Assembly (NCBI RefSeq): GCF_032191835.1
Contig: NC_083233.1
Span: 31,310,001 to 31,374,000, forward strand
Direction: 5' to 3'
From: Heteronotia binoei
Lineage: Eukaryota
Length of the DNA: 64,000 nucleotides
This document shows, in pieces, positions 61,636 to 64,000 of this stretch. The notes under the pieces were generated by a model. It made no database searches and was not told where the DNA came from. It worked only from the letters and a program-made list of their open reading frames with translations. A program made the position numbers and the translations under genes. Position 1 is the first letter of the stretch, and each line of letters starts with the position of its first letter.

Positions 61636-64000
61636 AGTGTGTTTGTCATTAGGACTGCAGTAATTCTGTTCTACAGCTAAACAGACTTCTAAATAAATGC
61701 TGCAGCAGGTTGTAGGGCTATTACAGTGTCCCACGTCATCCTGAACGTTTCATACAAAAAATGTCTTTTCCATTTCCAAGGTAATCTCTGCATCCATGGG
61801 GTGTGATATGGGCATGACTTCTTTTGAAGAAAGATGGAAGATAAACCAATAAGGCTGCCACAAAACATGGAAAGAGGAATTGCAGAGCAACCTTACAAAC
61901 ACTGCAAACTGGTTACTTCAAGCTCAACAACTTGTATCCTAAAGAACCCGGCTGATAGGCAATATAAAATCTGTAGCCTTTCAATAATTTTTAGCATCTT
62001 CCGTTTCTCCACCTTGCCAGAATGTGTCTTTAAATCCTCAGGTGTTTTTTTTTTTAAATGTATAATATTAATTTCAGTTTTCAAAGTCTAGACATTTAAG
62101 GCTTATACTATATAACTTTGTATCTCAGAACAGAGATTCCAAGATGACATCTATGATCTTGCAGGACTCTATGATTATTTTTTTTTTGGGGGGGGGGGGC
62201 AGGCCTTGATAAAGGTATGAATTCCCAGTATTACCTACAGCAACCACAGACGCTTTAATCCCCACCATCACTCAGACTCAATGCTAACATGGCATGCAAA
62301 CAAATCACATGACTTTACCAGGTTCCCTGGCCACAAGAATTTTGTCCCCCAAGACCCTGGCCAGTCCTAGCAGACCTAGTTAGCCAACTAGTCATCACAA
62401 TTTTATCCTTCCCTTGTTTCTCTTATCCCTCCCTTATTTCAAGGAGCTTCAAATGACCTGAATATTTGGATCATCCCGTAAAAAAGAACAGGGAGCCATC
62501 TTAACAGATGGTCACCAAGCTTATCATATGAGAGAGAGAGAGACAGAGACTATATTCATTAACTAAACCGATGGCAGAGATCCCAGCTCTGTATGTCAAA
62601 AACAGCTGTCTACCCTGAGGTTGGTGCATACTCTTTGGTTAAAGGGAAGAAGCTGCACATTTTCTGAAACTCGGACTCTAAAAGTCAGATTTTAAAAATA
62701 TATATATTTAAATAAGATAAAACCTTCCATTTGCATATTTGTTCCACAGAAACACTTGAGGATGGAAAGAAAACAAGGTGAAGGGTTACCTATCTGATGC
62801 ATCTAAGTAATGATACGATAATGGGTAAGTTTTACAAATGCCTTATCATTTTAATGTGTTTTTTTTAACACTGCTCTGAAGCCCTGAACTTCACCCATAA
62901 CAGTGGTGTTTATCACATTTTTTGCATATCTGATGTGCATTGAATGCTGCTGCAACAAAGGCAATTTTTCCTTGAAAACACCACACTAAAATAATTAAGA
63001 GCTATGATGGGGGTGGGAGTTACAATAGAGAAAGCAGTATGTCAGAGATTTGTGCATGGGGGTGGGAGACACAGAGCAAATTAAAGATGAATTTCTCTTC
63101 TGATCCCTCCCCTTACAGTTCAGAATAATGACCACAGTGGTTAGAGCTTACTGTAAAGTATCTTGGGTACCAGTGTTCTTTCTATTCTGGTTGATACAAT
63201 CATAACTTAGAGGTTGTTATGTAATGTTATTTCCAGAGTGTGATCCTTAGACACACTACTCATCTACATGAACACATATCCTTGGTTGACAGTATTGGGT
63301 TGACCAAAGCCTCCGTGCTTTTTAATGAATTTCTGAACTTATTCCACCAGGTTCATAGAGTCAGCCCTGGATAAGTGCAATGAGTGTGATGGAAGAGCAG
63401 AAACTTTGTCAAGGACTATTGGCACTTTCAGCTTGCAAGTTTTCTGATTTGCAAGACCCAAGGCAAATCTGAAATGAAACTGCACTCTCTGGAAATCTCA
63501 TTTGTCCATACAGCATGTATAATATCCTTCAGTCAAGAATCTATTTTTGAAACTAACAGCTTGTCAAAGACTATTTAGGCTGCAGGGAATAAATTGGTGT
63601 CGCATCCTAGGTGTCTATGATACTTCTCATGCGTCCCCCCTCCATGACAATCTGAAAGTCAGCTATGAAAAAAGAGTTCTGAGGCCACACCTCTGTCACC
63701 AACAATCAGGACATTAGGGACAATGTAGGCGGCTTTTGTTGCAGAGATTTTTTTTTTAAGTCATTGCCACTTGGATACTATATATCAATCACCTTTTAAT
63801 ATCCCACCATTTCTTTTAGGAGTGTCATGCATAGTTCTTCTCTCTCTCATTTTCTCTGCACAGTGCTCTGAGAGCCAGTTTGTTAATGTTATCTAAAACA
63901 TTTATATGCCATCTTTTCATCAAAATAGAGTCTCCAAGGTGGCAAGCAACAAGTCATTAAAATGTTTAGGACATTAAAGTGCATTTAAAGTGTATGTGTA

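Overview
Vertebrate nuclear DNA, most likely a squamate. The SINE, CR1 and MITE repertoire suggests a gecko (inference). It is a draft assembly with three N gaps. No host gene could be named; only scattered candidate exons were seen. The window is a dense retroelement landscape. It holds a full-length sushi-type Ty3/Gypsy chromovirus (16637-22068, TSD CTTTG) with self-priming signatures and a promoter-deleted 3' LTR, and a nearly intact Mag-type Ty3/Gypsy element on the minus strand (25684-30309, TSD GTCTG, tRNA-Ser PBS, one extra base in a homopolymer). It also holds a decayed Ngaro-type tyrosine-recombinase retrotransposon carrying an SGNH hydrolase ORF (~32840-38741), a full-length decayed L1 (~49750-55560), and an apparent ORF1-only CR1. 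Two related long retroviral-type LTRs are present, one a 1328-bp solo LTR with a 4-bp TSD. Smaller pieces include CR1, L2, RTE-BovB, Vingi, R4/Dong and Penelope fragments (the last with a minimal hammerhead ribozyme motif), tRNA- and 5S-derived SINEs, hAT- and Harbinger-type MITEs and a ~400-bp palindrome. Family assignments come from recognised motifs, not database searches. Boundaries not fixed by TSDs or TIRs are approximate.
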